Below, piece by piece: positions 20,395 to 29,798 of a stretch of 64,000 nucleotides of DNA. The translations under genes were made by a program, and so were the position numbers. Below the pieces are notes generated by a model. The model was not told the DNA's origin. It ran no database searches and saw only the letters and a list, made by a program, of their open reading frames with translations. Source of the DNA: Candidatus Dormibacteria bacterium (GTDB lineage: Bacteria > Chloroflexota > Dormibacteria > Aeolococcales > Bog-877); the NCBI GenBank assembly GCA_050734395.1, contig JBOHUK010000042.1:7023-71022 (forward strand). The letters are read 5' to 3'. The stretch's first letter is position 1. Each line of letters starts with the position of its first letter.

Positions 20395-21906
20395 ATGACC
20401 CCTGCCCGGGAGGGGACGGCACCGGGGCACGGGAGTTGGGCAGTGGCCAAAAGCGAGATCAGCTTCGGCACCGACGGCTGGCGAGCGGTGGTGGCCGACG
20501 ACTTCACCTACGCCAACGTCCGGGCCGTGAGCCAGGCGGTGGCCCAGTACCTGGCCCATGAGCCCGCCGGCCGAGAGGTGGTGGTGGGCCACGACGCCCG
20601 CTTCTGCGCCGAGCTCTTCGCCCGCGAGGTGGCGCGCGTGCTGGCGGCCAACTCCCGCCGGGTGCTGCTCAGCGACCGTCCCAGCCCGACCCAGGCATCA
20701 GCCTGGCTGGTGGTGGACCGCCACGCTCTGGGAGGGGTGGTGGTCACGGCCAGCCACAACCCCGCCGAGTTCAACGGCCTCAAGTACAAGCCCGACTACG
20801 GCGGGTCCGCCTCGCCGGAGGTCACAGCGCGGCTGGAGGAGGAGGTGGCCGTGGCCCTGGAGCGCGGCGTGCGGACCATGGGCATCGAGGAGGCCGTCTC
20901 CCAGGGGCTGGTGGAGCTGGTGGACCCCAGGCCCGCCTACCGCGCCCAGATCGGCCGGATGCTGGACCTGGAGGCGATCAAGGGGGCGGGGCTGCACATC
21001 CTCCACGACGCCATGTACGGGTCCGGCGCCGGCTACGTCAGCGACCTGCTGCAGGGCGGCAGCACCCGGGTCACAGAGCTCCACTCCGAACGCAACCCGG
21101 GGTTCGGTGGGATGCACCCCGAGCCCATACCCCCGCACGTCGACGAGGCCGCTCGGCGCCTGCGCCAGGGCGGTTTCGACCTCGGCATCGCCAACGACGG
21201 CGACGCCGACCGCGTGGGGATCTTCGACGAACGCGGCGAGTTCGTGGACCAGCTGGAGGTGGCGACCCTCCTGCTCTGGCACCTCTGCCAGAACCGGGGG
21301 CTGCGGGGCCCGGTGGTGCGCTCGATCACCATGACCGGACGCCTGGACCAGCTCGGGCAGCACTTCGGCTGCCCGGTCGAAGAGCTGCCGGTGGGCTTCA
21401 AGTACCTGGGGCCCCGGATGCGCGAGCTGGATGCGCTGTTCGCCGCCGAGGAGTCGGGGGGCTTCGGCTTCCGGGGCCACATTCCCGAGCGGGACGGGAT
21501 TCTGAGCGGGCTCTTCTTCGCCGAGATGCTGGTCACGACCAAGGAGCCGCTCAGCCGGATCCGCGCCCGGGTGGCGGAGCTGGTCGGGCCCCACGCCTAC
21601 GCGCGCCGCGACCGGCGCTTCCGCCGCGAGGACTACCCCGAGGTGCGCGAGCGGCTCATCCATCGGATCAAGGCGCGCCCCCTGACCGAGGTGGGCGGCA
21701 CCGCGGTGAGCCGGACCCGCAGCGACGATGGCTTCAAGTTCTGGCTGGACGACGGCTCCTGGGTGCTGGTGCGGATGTCGGGGACCGAGCCGGTGATGAG
21801 GGTGTACTGCGAGTCGGCCAGCTCCGAGGAGGTCAACCACCTGCTTGACGAGTTTGAAAAGGAGCTGGAGCTGGAGCCAATGGGGTCATCGCCGGTCCAT
21901 GCCTGA
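20395..21906 (+). CDS. Phosphomannomutase/phosphoglucomutase (alpha-D-phosphohexomutase family)
   Basis: FGTDGWRAVVADDFT and the active-site region TASHNPAEFNGLKY (phosphoserine loop). Confidence 0.85.
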   Translation: MTPAREGTAPGHGSWAVAKSEISFGTDGWRAVVADDFTYANVRAVSQAVAQYLAHEPAGREVVVGHDARFCAELFAREVARVLAANSRRVLLSDRPSPTQASAWLVVDRHALGGVVVTASHNPAEFNGLKYKPDYGGSASPEVTARLEEEVAVALERGVRTMGIEEAVSQGLVELVDPRPAYRAQIGRMLDLEAIKGAGLHILHDAMYGSGAGYVSDLLQGGSTRVTELHSERNPGFGGMHPEPIPPHVDEAARRLRQGGFDLGIANDGDADRVGIFDERGEFVDQLEVATLLLWHLCQNRGLRGPVVRSITMTGRLDQLGQHFGCPVEELPVGFKYLGPRMRELDALFAAEESGGFGFRGHIPERDGILSGLFFAEMLVTTKEPLSRIRARVAELVGPHAYARRDRRFRREDYPEVRERLIHRIKARPLTEVGGTAVSRTRSDDGFKFWLDDGSWVLVRMSGTEPVMRVYCESASSEEVNHLLDEFEKELELEPMGSSPVHA

Positions 21907-22282
21907 CGCCGCCGGGCGCGAGCCGCCGCGGAGGGTGGACAAGCCCTGGGGCCATGAGCTCTGGTTCGCCGCCTGCGAGCGCTACGCCGGCAAGGTGATC
22001 CACATCAACGCCGGGCACGAGCTCAGCCTGCAGTACCACGTGCGCAAGGACGAGACCATCTACGTCCTGTCGGGGGTGATGGAGCTGGAGCTCGACGACG
22101 CCGCGGGCCAGCTCCAGGTGCACCGCCTGGAGCCGGGCGAGTGCCAGCGCATCGAGACCGGGCGGCGCCACCGCATGCGCGCGCTGAGCGAGGTGGAGCT
22201 CTGCGAGGTCTCGACCCCGGAGTTGGACGACGTGGTCCGGCTGGAGGACCGCTACGGGCGGGTGCCCCCAAAGGGGACATAG
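21899..22282 (+). CDS. Cupin-domain protein resembling the C-terminal mannose-6-phosphate isomerase (type II PMI) domain
   Basis: KPWGHELWF....GKVIHINAGHELSLQYHVRKDETIYVLSG....E.GECQRIETGRRHR cupin motifs. It overlaps the stop of the preceding gene by 8 nt. Confidence 0.6.
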   Translation: MPDAAGREPPRRVDKPWGHELWFAACERYAGKVIHINAGHELSLQYHVRKDETIYVLSGVMELELDDAAGQLQVHRLEPGECQRIETGRRHRMRALSEVELCEVSTPELDDVVRLEDRYGRVPPKGT

Positions 22283-22356
22283 CCGATGGGAAGGTTTCCC
22301 CAAGTTCCACAGCCCAACGTGGAAAACCCCTCGGAAAACCGCTCTCGGGGCGGGTC

Positions 22357-23193
22357 ATGAGTTGGCGCCCCGGCGGGGCGGCCTCGCTCCGCCTCGAGGC
22401 CGAGGGGGGCCTGGAGAGCCGGGAGCGGCAGCTCGACCCGCACCTGCACACCTCGCCGCCGCGCCTGCTGCCCTTCGCGCTGGCGGGGGCGGGCATCTGC
22501 GCGCTCTCCGGCCTGGGTGTGCTCCCCTGGCCGGCGGTGCTCGCCCTGGACCTGGGCTCAGCCACCTGCTACGGGCTGGCGCTCCGGGCCTCGCTGCCGC
22601 GCTGGCCGGATGGCCCCCAGGGGCGCTTGGCCCTCCTCAACGGGATGGCGCCGGCGCTGCTGCCGCTGGCGGGGCTGGTCTCGGCGGACCTGGCCCTGCC
22701 CCAGCGCCCCGGGTTGCCGTGGGTCGTGCTGCTGCCCCTCTGGTTGCTGGTGCTGCTGGGGTTGGCGCCGTTTCTGGCGGTGGGCCAGGAGCATGGCTAC
22801 GCGCGGCGCTGGGAGAGCACCCTGCTGGCGGTGTTGGCGATCTCGGTGCCGGTGCCGATCTTCGCTTTGGTGATGGCGCCCACGGTGGCGGGGCCGCTGC
22901 GGGGGCTGGGGGTGCTGGCGGTGCTGCTGGTGCCCACCTGGCAGCTGGCCAGCCTGGTGCGCCCCTGGCGCCAGGCCTGGCGCCGGGCGGCCCTGGTGGC
23001 GGTGCTGGTGGGGGCGGCGGCCGGCGCCTCCGCCTGGCTGCAGGTGCCGGCGGCGCTGCTGCCGGCGGCCATGCTGCTGGGCTGGTACGGGCTGGCCGGC
23101 GTGGTCAGCCAGCGCGACGGCCAGTACAGCTCGAGCTTCGCCGCCTTCGTGGTGGCGGCCGCGGTGCTGCTGGCGGTCACGGGCCCGGTCTGA
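22357..23193 (+). CDS. Hypothetical polytopic membrane protein
   Basis: 278 aa, Ala/Leu-rich, with 7-8 predicted TM helices. No recognisable motif. Confidence 0.4.
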   Translation: MSWRPGGAASLRLEAEGGLESRERQLDPHLHTSPPRLLPFALAGAGICALSGLGVLPWPAVLALDLGSATCYGLALRASLPRWPDGPQGRLALLNGMAPALLPLAGLVSADLALPQRPGLPWVVLLPLWLLVLLGLAPFLAVGQEHGYARRWESTLLAVLAISVPVPIFALVMAPTVAGPLRGLGVLAVLLVPTWQLASLVRPWRQAWRRAALVAVLVGAAAGASAWLQVPAALLPAAMLLGWYGLAGVVSQRDGQYSSSFAAFVVAAAVLLAVTGPV

Positions 23194-23371
23194 GGGGCCG
23201 ACGGTGTACCGTGCCACGCAAGGAATGTGGCGACTGATTCGCGGGACCTGGTGGGATGCCGACGGGCTTCCGCCGCCCCGGGGGCGTGCCCGCACCTGAC
23301 CGGCCCCGGGCGGCAGCACGGCTGCCCGCCCACTCCATTCCAGCCAGCGGCCGCGGCCGCGGAGGGTCTCC

Positions 23372-24712
23372 ATGTCCAGCAGTGCTCTGCCCCAGCCGGA
23401 GGGAACTCCGGGCTCCGGCTCGGCCTCGGCCGAGTGGCGGGGGCGCGACCGGCGCCACGTGGCCACGGTCTGGTCCCGCTACACCGACCTGGTCATCCGT
23501 GAGGCCTCCGGCTCCTACCTGACCGACGTCGAGGGCCGCCGCTACCTCGACTTCGCCTGCGGCATCGCCGTCACCAGCCTGGGCCACCGCCACCCGGCGG
23601 TGGTGGAGGCGGTGCACCGCCAGGTGGACCGCTACTGGCACACCAGCGTGGTCGCGCAGCACGTGGCCATGACGCAAGCCTGCGAGCGGGTGGCGGCGAT
23701 CTGCCCCGAGGGCCTGGAGTCGGTGTTCCTGGCCAACTCCGGGGCGGAGGTCGTCGAGGGGGCGATCAAGCTGGCTCGCCGCTCCACCGGCCGTGCCGGC
23801 ATCGTCTGCTTCCGGGGCGCCTTCCATGGGCGCACCCTGGGGGCGGTCAGCGTCACCTCCAGCAAGGCCAACTACCGGCTCGGCTACGGCCCCCTGCTCC
23901 CGTCGGTCTACATCACCCCCTACCCCTACTGCTTCCGCCTCTGCGACCACGCCCCCGAGGATCCCTGCCCCATCGCCCGCGGCGACGAGCTGGAGCGCCT
24001 GCTGCAGACCGTGGCCCCACCCCAGGAGGTGGCGGCCGTGCTGGTGGAGCCGGTCCAGGGGGAGGGGGGCTACGTGGTGCCGCCCGCCGGGTTCCTGCGC
24101 CGCCTGCGGGAGATCTGCGACCAGCATGGGATCCTGCTGATCTGCGACGAGGTCCAGACCGGGGTGGGGCGCACCGGCCGCTGGCTGGCCGCGGACCACG
24201 AGGGGGTGGTGCCGGACATCGTCACCCTCGCCAAGTCCTTGGGCAGCGGTCTGCCGATTGGGGCGATCGTGGCCAGCTCGGAGCTGATGGGCGGGTGGCG
24301 CCCGGGCAGCCACGGCAGCACCTTCGGCGGCAACGCTGTCTCCTGCGCCGCGGTGGTGGCAACCCTGGAGGTGATCGAAAAGGAGGGACTGCTGGCGCGG
24401 GCCGCCGAGATCGGGGAGCGGGTGGTGGCGCGGGCGCGGAGCTGGGGAGGACAGGGCCGGGGCCCCGCCGATGTGCGCCACCTGGGGGCCATGGTGGGGC
24501 TGGAGTTCTGCCATCCTGGGGGCAGCCCCGACCCGGAGCGGGTGAGCGCCATCAAGCACCGCGCGCTGGAGGCGGGGCTGGTGGTGCTCTCGTGCGGTCT
24601 CGACGACAACGTGATCCGGCTGATCCCGCCGCTCACCGTCAGCGACGAGGATCTGGAGCGGGGCTTGGAGATTCTGGAGGAGTCGACCTTGGAAGCTGGG
24701 AGCGGAAGTTGA
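23372..24712 (+). CDS. Class-III pyridoxal-phosphate aminotransferase (GABA/acetylornithine aminotransferase-like)
   Basis: Motifs GHRHPAVVEAV, LICDEVQTGVGRTGRW, and TLAKSLGSGLPIGA (lysine region). Confidence 0.85.
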   Translation: MSSSALPQPEGTPGSGSASAEWRGRDRRHVATVWSRYTDLVIREASGSYLTDVEGRRYLDFACGIAVTSLGHRHPAVVEAVHRQVDRYWHTSVVAQHVAMTQACERVAAICPEGLESVFLANSGAEVVEGAIKLARRSTGRAGIVCFRGAFHGRTLGAVSVTSSKANYRLGYGPLLPSVYITPYPYCFRLCDHAPEDPCPIARGDELERLLQTVAPPQEVAAVLVEPVQGEGGYVVPPAGFLRRLREICDQHGILLICDEVQTGVGRTGRWLAADHEGVVPDIVTLAKSLGSGLPIGAIVASSELMGGWRPGSHGSTFGGNAVSCAAVVATLEVIEKEGLLARAAEIGERVVARARSWGGQGRGPADVRHLGAMVGLEFCHPGGSPDPERVSAIKHRALEAGLVVLSCGLDDNVIRLIPPLTVSDEDLERGLEILEESTLEAGSGS

Positions 24713-26220
24713 GCGCGGTGCAGGCGGCCCCCCGGGTCTACGGCCACCTGATCGAGGGGGAGTGGGGGGGCTCCGAGGACGGCCAGGTCTTCGAGTCGGT
24801 CAACCCCGCCCGGCGCAGCGAGGTTTTGGGCCGGTTCGCTCGGGGCGGCGCAGCGGAGATCGACCGGGCGGTGCGGGCGGCGCGGTCGGCCCAGCCGCTT
24901 TGGGCCGCCACGCCGATGCCCGAGCGCGCCGAGGTGCTGGGGCGGGCGGGGCGGCTGCTCGAGGAGCGCAAGCCCGAGCTCGGCGAGCTCATGACCCGTG
25001 AGATGGGCAAGGTCCTGACCGAGGCCAAGGGCGATGTCCAAGAGGGCATCGACATGACCAAGTACATGGCGGGCCAGGGCCGCAACCCGGTGGGGGAGGT
25101 GGTGCCCAGCGAGCTGCGCCGCAAGCGCGCCTTCGCCGAGCGGGTGCCGATCGGGGTGGTGGGCTGCATCACCCCGTGGAACTTCCCGCTGGCCATCCCC
25201 TGCTGGAAGCTGATGCCGGCCCTGCTGGCGGGCAACGCCGTCGTCTTCAAGCCCGCCGAGGACACCCCCCTGGTGGCGATCCGGCTCGCCGAGATCCTGC
25301 TTGAGGCGGGCCTGCCCAAGGGGGTGCTCAACCTGGTGACCGGGCTGGGCGAGGAGGCGGGCGCGGCGCTGGTCGAGCACCCCGAGGTGCGGGCCATCTC
25401 CTTCACCGGGTCGGTCGCCGTGGGCCAGCGGATCGCTGCCCGCTGCGGGGAGCTGGGCAAGCGGGTCTCGCTGGAGCTGGGCGGCAAGAACGCCATGCTG
25501 GTGATGGCCGACGCGGACCTGGAGCTGGCGGTGGAGGGCGCCCTCTGGGGCGCCTTCGGCACCAGCGGGCAGCGCTGCACCGCCACCTCGCGTCTGATCG
25601 TGGACCGTCCCGTGAGGGAGGAGTTCACCGAGCGGCTCCTGGAGCGGGTGCGGGCACTGCGGCTGGGCGACGGCCTCGACCCCGCGACCGACGTCGGCCC
25701 GGTCATCAACGAGACCCAGCTGCGGCGCATCCACGGCTACACCGAGGTCGGGGTGTCCGAGTCGGCGAAGCTGCTCGCCGGGGGGGAGATCGCCACCCAG
25801 GGCGGCCTCGGCGAGGGCAACTTCTACTTGCCCACGCTGTTCACCGACGTGCGCCCGGAGATGCGCATCGCCCAGGAGGAGATCTTCGGCCCGACCACGG
25901 CGATCCTGGCTGCCGCCGGGCTGGAGGAGGCGGTGGGCATCGCCAACGGCACCCGGTACGGGCTTTCGGTCTCCATCTACACCAGAGACATCGGCCAGGC
26001 GTTTCAGGCTGTCGACGGCCTGGAGTCGGGGATCGTCTACGTCAACGCCCCCACCATCGGCGCCGAGATCCAGCTGCCCTTCGGTGGCACCAAGTGGACC
26101 GGCAACGGCCACCGGGAGGCGGGCACCACCGCGCTCGACGAGTTCACCGAATGGAAGACCGTCTACATCGACTATTCGGGGCACCTGCAGCGGGCCCAGA
26201 TCGACATCCCCGGCAGCTGA
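24709..26220 (+). CDS. NAD(P)-dependent aldehyde dehydrogenase (succinate-semialdehyde dehydrogenase-like)
   Basis: FTGSVAVGQRI, the glutamate region ELGGKNAMLV, and the catalytic cysteine region FGTSGQRCTATSRL. Start is TTG at 24709 or GTG at 24718. Confidence 0.85.
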   Translation: MSAVQAAPRVYGHLIEGEWGGSEDGQVFESVNPARRSEVLGRFARGGAAEIDRAVRAARSAQPLWAATPMPERAEVLGRAGRLLEERKPELGELMTREMGKVLTEAKGDVQEGIDMTKYMAGQGRNPVGEVVPSELRRKRAFAERVPIGVVGCITPWNFPLAIPCWKLMPALLAGNAVVFKPAEDTPLVAIRLAEILLEAGLPKGVLNLVTGLGEEAGAALVEHPEVRAISFTGSVAVGQRIAARCGELGKRVSLELGGKNAMLVMADADLELAVEGALWGAFGTSGQRCTATSRLIVDRPVREEFTERLLERVRALRLGDGLDPATDVGPVINETQLRRIHGYTEVGVSESAKLLAGGEIATQGGLGEGNFYLPTLFTDVRPEMRIAQEEIFGPTTAILAAAGLEEAVGIANGTRYGLSVSIYTRDIGQAFQAVDGLESGIVYVNAPTIGAEIQLPFGGTKWTGNGHREAGTTALDEFTEWKTVYIDYSGHLQRAQIDIPGS

Positions 26221-26231
26221 GCCCGCCCGCC

Positions 26232-27458
26232 ATGCCCGACTTCGACCTGAGCCCGGGGCACCTGCAGTTCACTCAGGCGGTGTCGGAGTTCGCCCGGGGT
26301 GAGCTGGCCCCCCAGATCCCGGACCGGGACCGGCGGGCGGATCCCGACCCCGAGCTCTTCGCCAAGCTCGCCAGCATCGGTCTGCCCGGGGTCTGGGCTC
26401 CCCAGCGCTACGGGGGGGCGGGGCTGGACTGGACCTCGCTGGGGCTGGCCTGTGAGGAGCTGGAGTACGTAGACGCCAGCTGCCGCACCGCGCTCTCGGT
26501 GCACGCCGGCCTGTGCATGACCGGCATCTACCAGTGGGGCACGGAGGAGCAGCGCAAGCGACTGCTGCGGCCGCTGGCCGAGGGTCGCCACCAGGGCTGC
26601 TTCGCCCTCACCGAGCCGGACGCCGGCAGCGACGTGCGCTCGCTGCGCACCCGGGCCGAGCGCCAGGGCGACTCATACCTGATCCGGGGCCAGAAGGCCT
26701 GGATCTCGATGGGCGACTCGGCCGAGGTGATCCTGGTCTTCGCCACGGTGGACCAAGAGCGCCCGGAGCGGGGCCTGACGGCCTTCGCTCTGGAGCGCCA
26801 GCTGGCGGGGCCGGGGCTGCGCACCGAGCCCATTCACCAGAAGTACGGCTTGCGGGCCTCCGACACCGCCATGGTCTACCTGGATGGGGCCCTGGTCCCG
26901 GAGCGCAACCGGATCGGGGAGGAGGGCGAGGGGTTCAAGGTGGCGATGAGCTGCCTGGACAGCGGGCGCTACTGCGTCGCCAGCGGCGCCGCCGGCACCA
27001 TCCGTGCCTGCCTGGAGCTCAGCGTCGCCTACGCTCGCCAGCGCCGGGTCCAGGGGGAGGAGATCGGGCGCCTGCAGCTGGTGCAGCAGATGGTCGCCGG
27101 GATGTCCCGTGACTACGAGATCGCCCGCCTCCTCTGGCTGCGGGCCGGCTGGCTCAAGGACCGCGGCCGGCGCAGCTCTAGGGAGTCGGCGCTCGCCAAG
27201 TGGGTGAACTCGGAGCGCGCCAACCGCTGCGCCGACGACGCCCTGCAGGTCCATGGCGCGACCGGCTTCAGCGAGGAGTGCCCGGCGGCACGCTATTTGC
27301 GCAACAGCCGCGCCACCCTGATCTACGAGGGCACCAGGGAGGTGCAGGTGCAGCTGGCGGCCGAGTACGCGCTCGGCTACCGGCAGGACCGACCCGCCCG
27401 GCGCCCGCTCCCGGCGCTGCCCGACGAGGGCGAGCCCGCTCCGCCGGGGCCGGGCTGA
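26232..27458 (+). CDS. Acyl-CoA dehydrogenase
   Basis: CFALTEPDAGSDVRSL, ARQRRVQGEEIGRLQLVQQ and QVHGATGFSEECPAARYLRN, with a C-terminal catalytic Glu region. Confidence 0.85.
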   Translation: MPDFDLSPGHLQFTQAVSEFARGELAPQIPDRDRRADPDPELFAKLASIGLPGVWAPQRYGGAGLDWTSLGLACEELEYVDASCRTALSVHAGLCMTGIYQWGTEEQRKRLLRPLAEGRHQGCFALTEPDAGSDVRSLRTRAERQGDSYLIRGQKAWISMGDSAEVILVFATVDQERPERGLTAFALERQLAGPGLRTEPIHQKYGLRASDTAMVYLDGALVPERNRIGEEGEGFKVAMSCLDSGRYCVASGAAGTIRACLELSVAYARQRRVQGEEIGRLQLVQQMVAGMSRDYEIARLLWLRAGWLKDRGRRSSRESALAKWVNSERANRCADDALQVHGATGFSEECPAARYLRNSRATLIYEGTREVQVQLAAEYALGYRQDRPARRPLPALPDEGEPAPPGPG

Positions 27459-27461
27459 GGG

Positions 27462-28340
27462 GTGGCGGCGGCCCCTCACCCGCTGCCCGAGGTGCTGGCG
27501 GCGGGCTGGAGCGAGCACCGCCTGGAGCGTCCCCAGGGCGGGCTGCGCTACGTCGAGGCCGGGGAGGGGCCCTGGCTTCTGCTCTGCCACGGTTTCATCG
27601 GCTCGGCGGAGAACTTCGAGAGCTGGGTACCGCGGCTGGCGCTGAGGCGCCGCCTGCTCATTCCCGACCTGCCCGGTTTCGGCGGCTCGGCGCCGCTGCC
27701 CGGGGCCCACAGCAGCCGCGCCCTGGCCCTGGAGGTGCTGGCGCTGCTCGACCAGCTCCAGGTGGGGGAGATAGACCTGGGCGGGCTCTGCCTGGGCGCC
27801 TCGGTGGCGCTGGAGGTTCTGGCCCAGCGGCCCCGGGCGGTGCGCCGCCTGCTGCTGCACACGCCGCTTCTGGACCCGGGCAGCCTGCGCCGGGGTTTCC
27901 GCGCCCAGGTGGCGCTGGCCACCCTTCCCGGCGCCTTTGACGCCATCTCCTGGGCCGCCCGTCGCCGCCGGCTGGCCGACCTCTACCGGCGCCTGGTGGT
28001 TGAGGGCTCCGGCGTCGTGGACCGGCGTGCCGCCGAGGTCAACTTTGAGAACCAGCTGCGCGCCTTCCCGAGGGCGGCTCGGGAGTGGCTGCGGCTCGCC
28101 GTCCGCCAGGACTACCGCGACCTGGTGCGCAACTGGCGGGGACCGGTCGGGATCCTGGCGGCGGCCGAAGACCGCATCCTCGACCTGCCCCGGCTGCGTC
28201 GGTTCTGCCGGGCCCGGGCGGGCACCGAGCTCGAGGTCATGGAGGAGTCAGGCCACGGCTGGGACCCTGAGCTGATCAGCGGCCAGCTGGAGATCCTGGA
28301 GCGCTATCTGGAGCTACCCGCCGCCGCCGAGGCCGGGTGA
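27462..28340 (+). CDS. Alpha/beta-fold hydrolase
   Basis: LLCHGFIGSAENF with the nucleophile-elbow-like GGLCLGASVALE. GTG start. Confidence 0.65.
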   Translation: MAAAPHPLPEVLAAGWSEHRLERPQGGLRYVEAGEGPWLLLCHGFIGSAENFESWVPRLALRRRLLIPDLPGFGGSAPLPGAHSSRALALEVLALLDQLQVGEIDLGGLCLGASVALEVLAQRPRAVRRLLLHTPLLDPGSLRRGFRAQVALATLPGAFDAISWAARRRRLADLYRRLVVEGSGVVDRRAAEVNFENQLRAFPRAAREWLRLAVRQDYRDLVRNWRGPVGILAAAEDRILDLPRLRRFCRARAGTELEVMEESGHGWDPELISGQLEILERYLELPAAAEAG

Positions 28341-28915
28341 GCGCCCCGGGTCCCACCCTCTTCCTGGCGGTGCGGGCGCCGGCGTCCGTGGGCGCCCGTT
28401 TGGCCCCTCTGCTCCAGTCCCTGGGTGCGCTCCACCCCGCCTTGCGGGCGGTGGACCCGGGCGGGCCTCACCTCACCCTACGCTTCCTCGGGCACTGCCC
28501 TGAGGAGCAGCTGCGCCTGGCGGAGCGCCGGGCGCAGGAGGTGGCGAAGCGCTTCCAACCCTTTGCCGTTGAGCTTGGCGCGTGGGGGTGCTTCCCCGAG
28601 CGCGGGCAGCCGCGGGTGGTCTGGCTGGGACCCGCCCGGGGGCGAGAGGAGCTGGGCCGGCTGGCCCAGGGGCTGGCCCTAGAAGGGGAGCGGAGCACCC
28701 CCTTCCGGCCCCACCTCACCCTGGCCCGGCTGCGCGGGCTCCTGCCCGGCCCAGAGCGCCTCCGCCTGCAGGACCTGGTGCAGGCCTGGCTCAGCGAGGT
28801 GCCGCCGGTCCACTTCCGGGCGACTGCGCTCTGCCTGATGGAGAGCCAGACCCAGGCTGGTGGGAGCAACCGCTACCTCACCCGGCGCCACTGGCCTCTG
28901 TTGGGAGACGGCTGA
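28337..28915 (+). CDS. thpR: RNA 2',3'-cyclic phosphodiesterase (2H phosphoesterase, LigT/ThpR)
   Basis: Two H-x-T-x motifs (HLTLRFLG and HLTLARL). 192 aa. The GTGA start overlaps the hydrolase stop. Confidence 0.75.
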   Translation: MSAPGPTLFLAVRAPASVGARLAPLLQSLGALHPALRAVDPGGPHLTLRFLGHCPEEQLRLAERRAQEVAKRFQPFAVELGAWGCFPERGQPRVVWLGPARGREELGRLAQGLALEGERSTPFRPHLTLARLRGLLPGPERLRLQDLVQAWLSEVPPVHFRATALCLMESQTQAGGSNRYLTRRHWPLLGDG

Positions 28916-28922
28916 GGGCCGC

Positions 28923-29645
28923 TCACCACTCGAAGGGACGGCCATACCACTGGTGGAGCTCCGGGTAGCGGCCCTCCTGAAGCAGCCGGCGCGCCCGCGC
29001 CAGGCAGGCCTCCACCTCCTTGGGGTGGAGCAGCGCTCCCAGCTCCTGGCGCAGCCGGGCTAGTCGCGGGCGGCTGCGCAGCAGGGCGCGGATGTCGCGC
29101 AGCCACTCCTCGGGGACCGGGGAGCCCCCCAACTCCAGCAGCGCGGTGCGCAGCTTGAACTCCACGTGGAAGGTGACCCCGTGGTCGATCCCCCGCAACC
29201 GCCCGCTGGGGTCCAGGAGCAGGTGGGCCTGCTTGCGGTCGGCGTTGTTGAGCAGCACGTCCAGCGCCGCCAGCCCCTGGATGCTGTGGCGGATCCGCTC
29301 CTGGTCCAGCTCCAGGTCCGGCCCCGGGTCGGGGATGAACTCCTGCATCGAGCCCGGCCCCAGGGGAGCCTGGCGGCGCAGGACGGTGGCCGGGGTGAAC
29401 CCCCAGCCCAGGGCCTGGTCCAGGCGCGCCGCCGCCACCTCGCGCCGGTGCAGGGTGCCGAGCGGGAAGTCCCACAGCGGGCGCTCGCCGCGGGCTGGCT
29501 TATAGACGGCGCGCAGCTCGCCCGAGGGGCTGGTGAGCCGGGCCAGGAACACGGCGTTGCTGCCCCAGGGCAGCCGCTCGAGGTGGTCCACCGGGGCGGC
29601 GTGCAGCTGCGCCTCCAGGTCGTCCCGGTCCGCGGGGCCGATCAT
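28923..29645 (-). CDS. SCO1664-family protein (actinobacterial, PI3/4-kinase-like catalytic motifs)
   Basis: LLNNADRKQAHLLLDPSGRLRGIDHGVTFH resembles the kinase catalytic loop (DRH..N) plus IDHG (DFG-like). This family is restricted to Actinobacteria. Confidence 0.5.
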   Translation of the reverse strand: MIGPADRDDLEAQLHAAPVDHLERLPWGSNAVFLARLTSPSGELRAVYKPARGERPLWDFPLGTLHRREVAAARLDQALGWGFTPATVLRRQAPLGPGSMQEFIPDPGPDLELDQERIRHSIQGLAALDVLLNNADRKQAHLLLDPSGRLRGIDHGVTFHVEFKLRTALLELGGSPVPEEWLRDIRALLRSRPRLARLRQELGALLHPKEVEACLARARRLLQEGRYPELHQWYGRPFEW

Positions 29646-29798
29646 CTCGGGGTGAGCCTACGCGGCGCCCGTTATCCTGGCTGACCGGCTGCCCGCCGCG
29701 CCCGCTCGGGCCCGCCTCCACAGGAGCGTCACCCCCTGGTCCACTCGCTCGAACACTTCCTCAGCACCTTCGGCTACGCCGCCCTCTTCCTGCTCACC

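Noticed and set aside
24070-26184. 704-aa minus-strand ORF, and similar long antisense ORFs (684-1373, 3865-4749, 10039-11322, 11694-12977, 12787-14538, 16544-18547, 19078-20592, 39843-41660, 45506-47029, 48328-49854, 50757-51647, 57797-58525, etc.)
   Set aside because: These are GC-rich shadow ORFs antisense to confidently identified genes (ALDH, rml genes, ahcY/metK, clpX, valS and others). Their translations are dominated by Arg/Gly/Pro/Ala with no motifs, which is the classic high-GC artefact.
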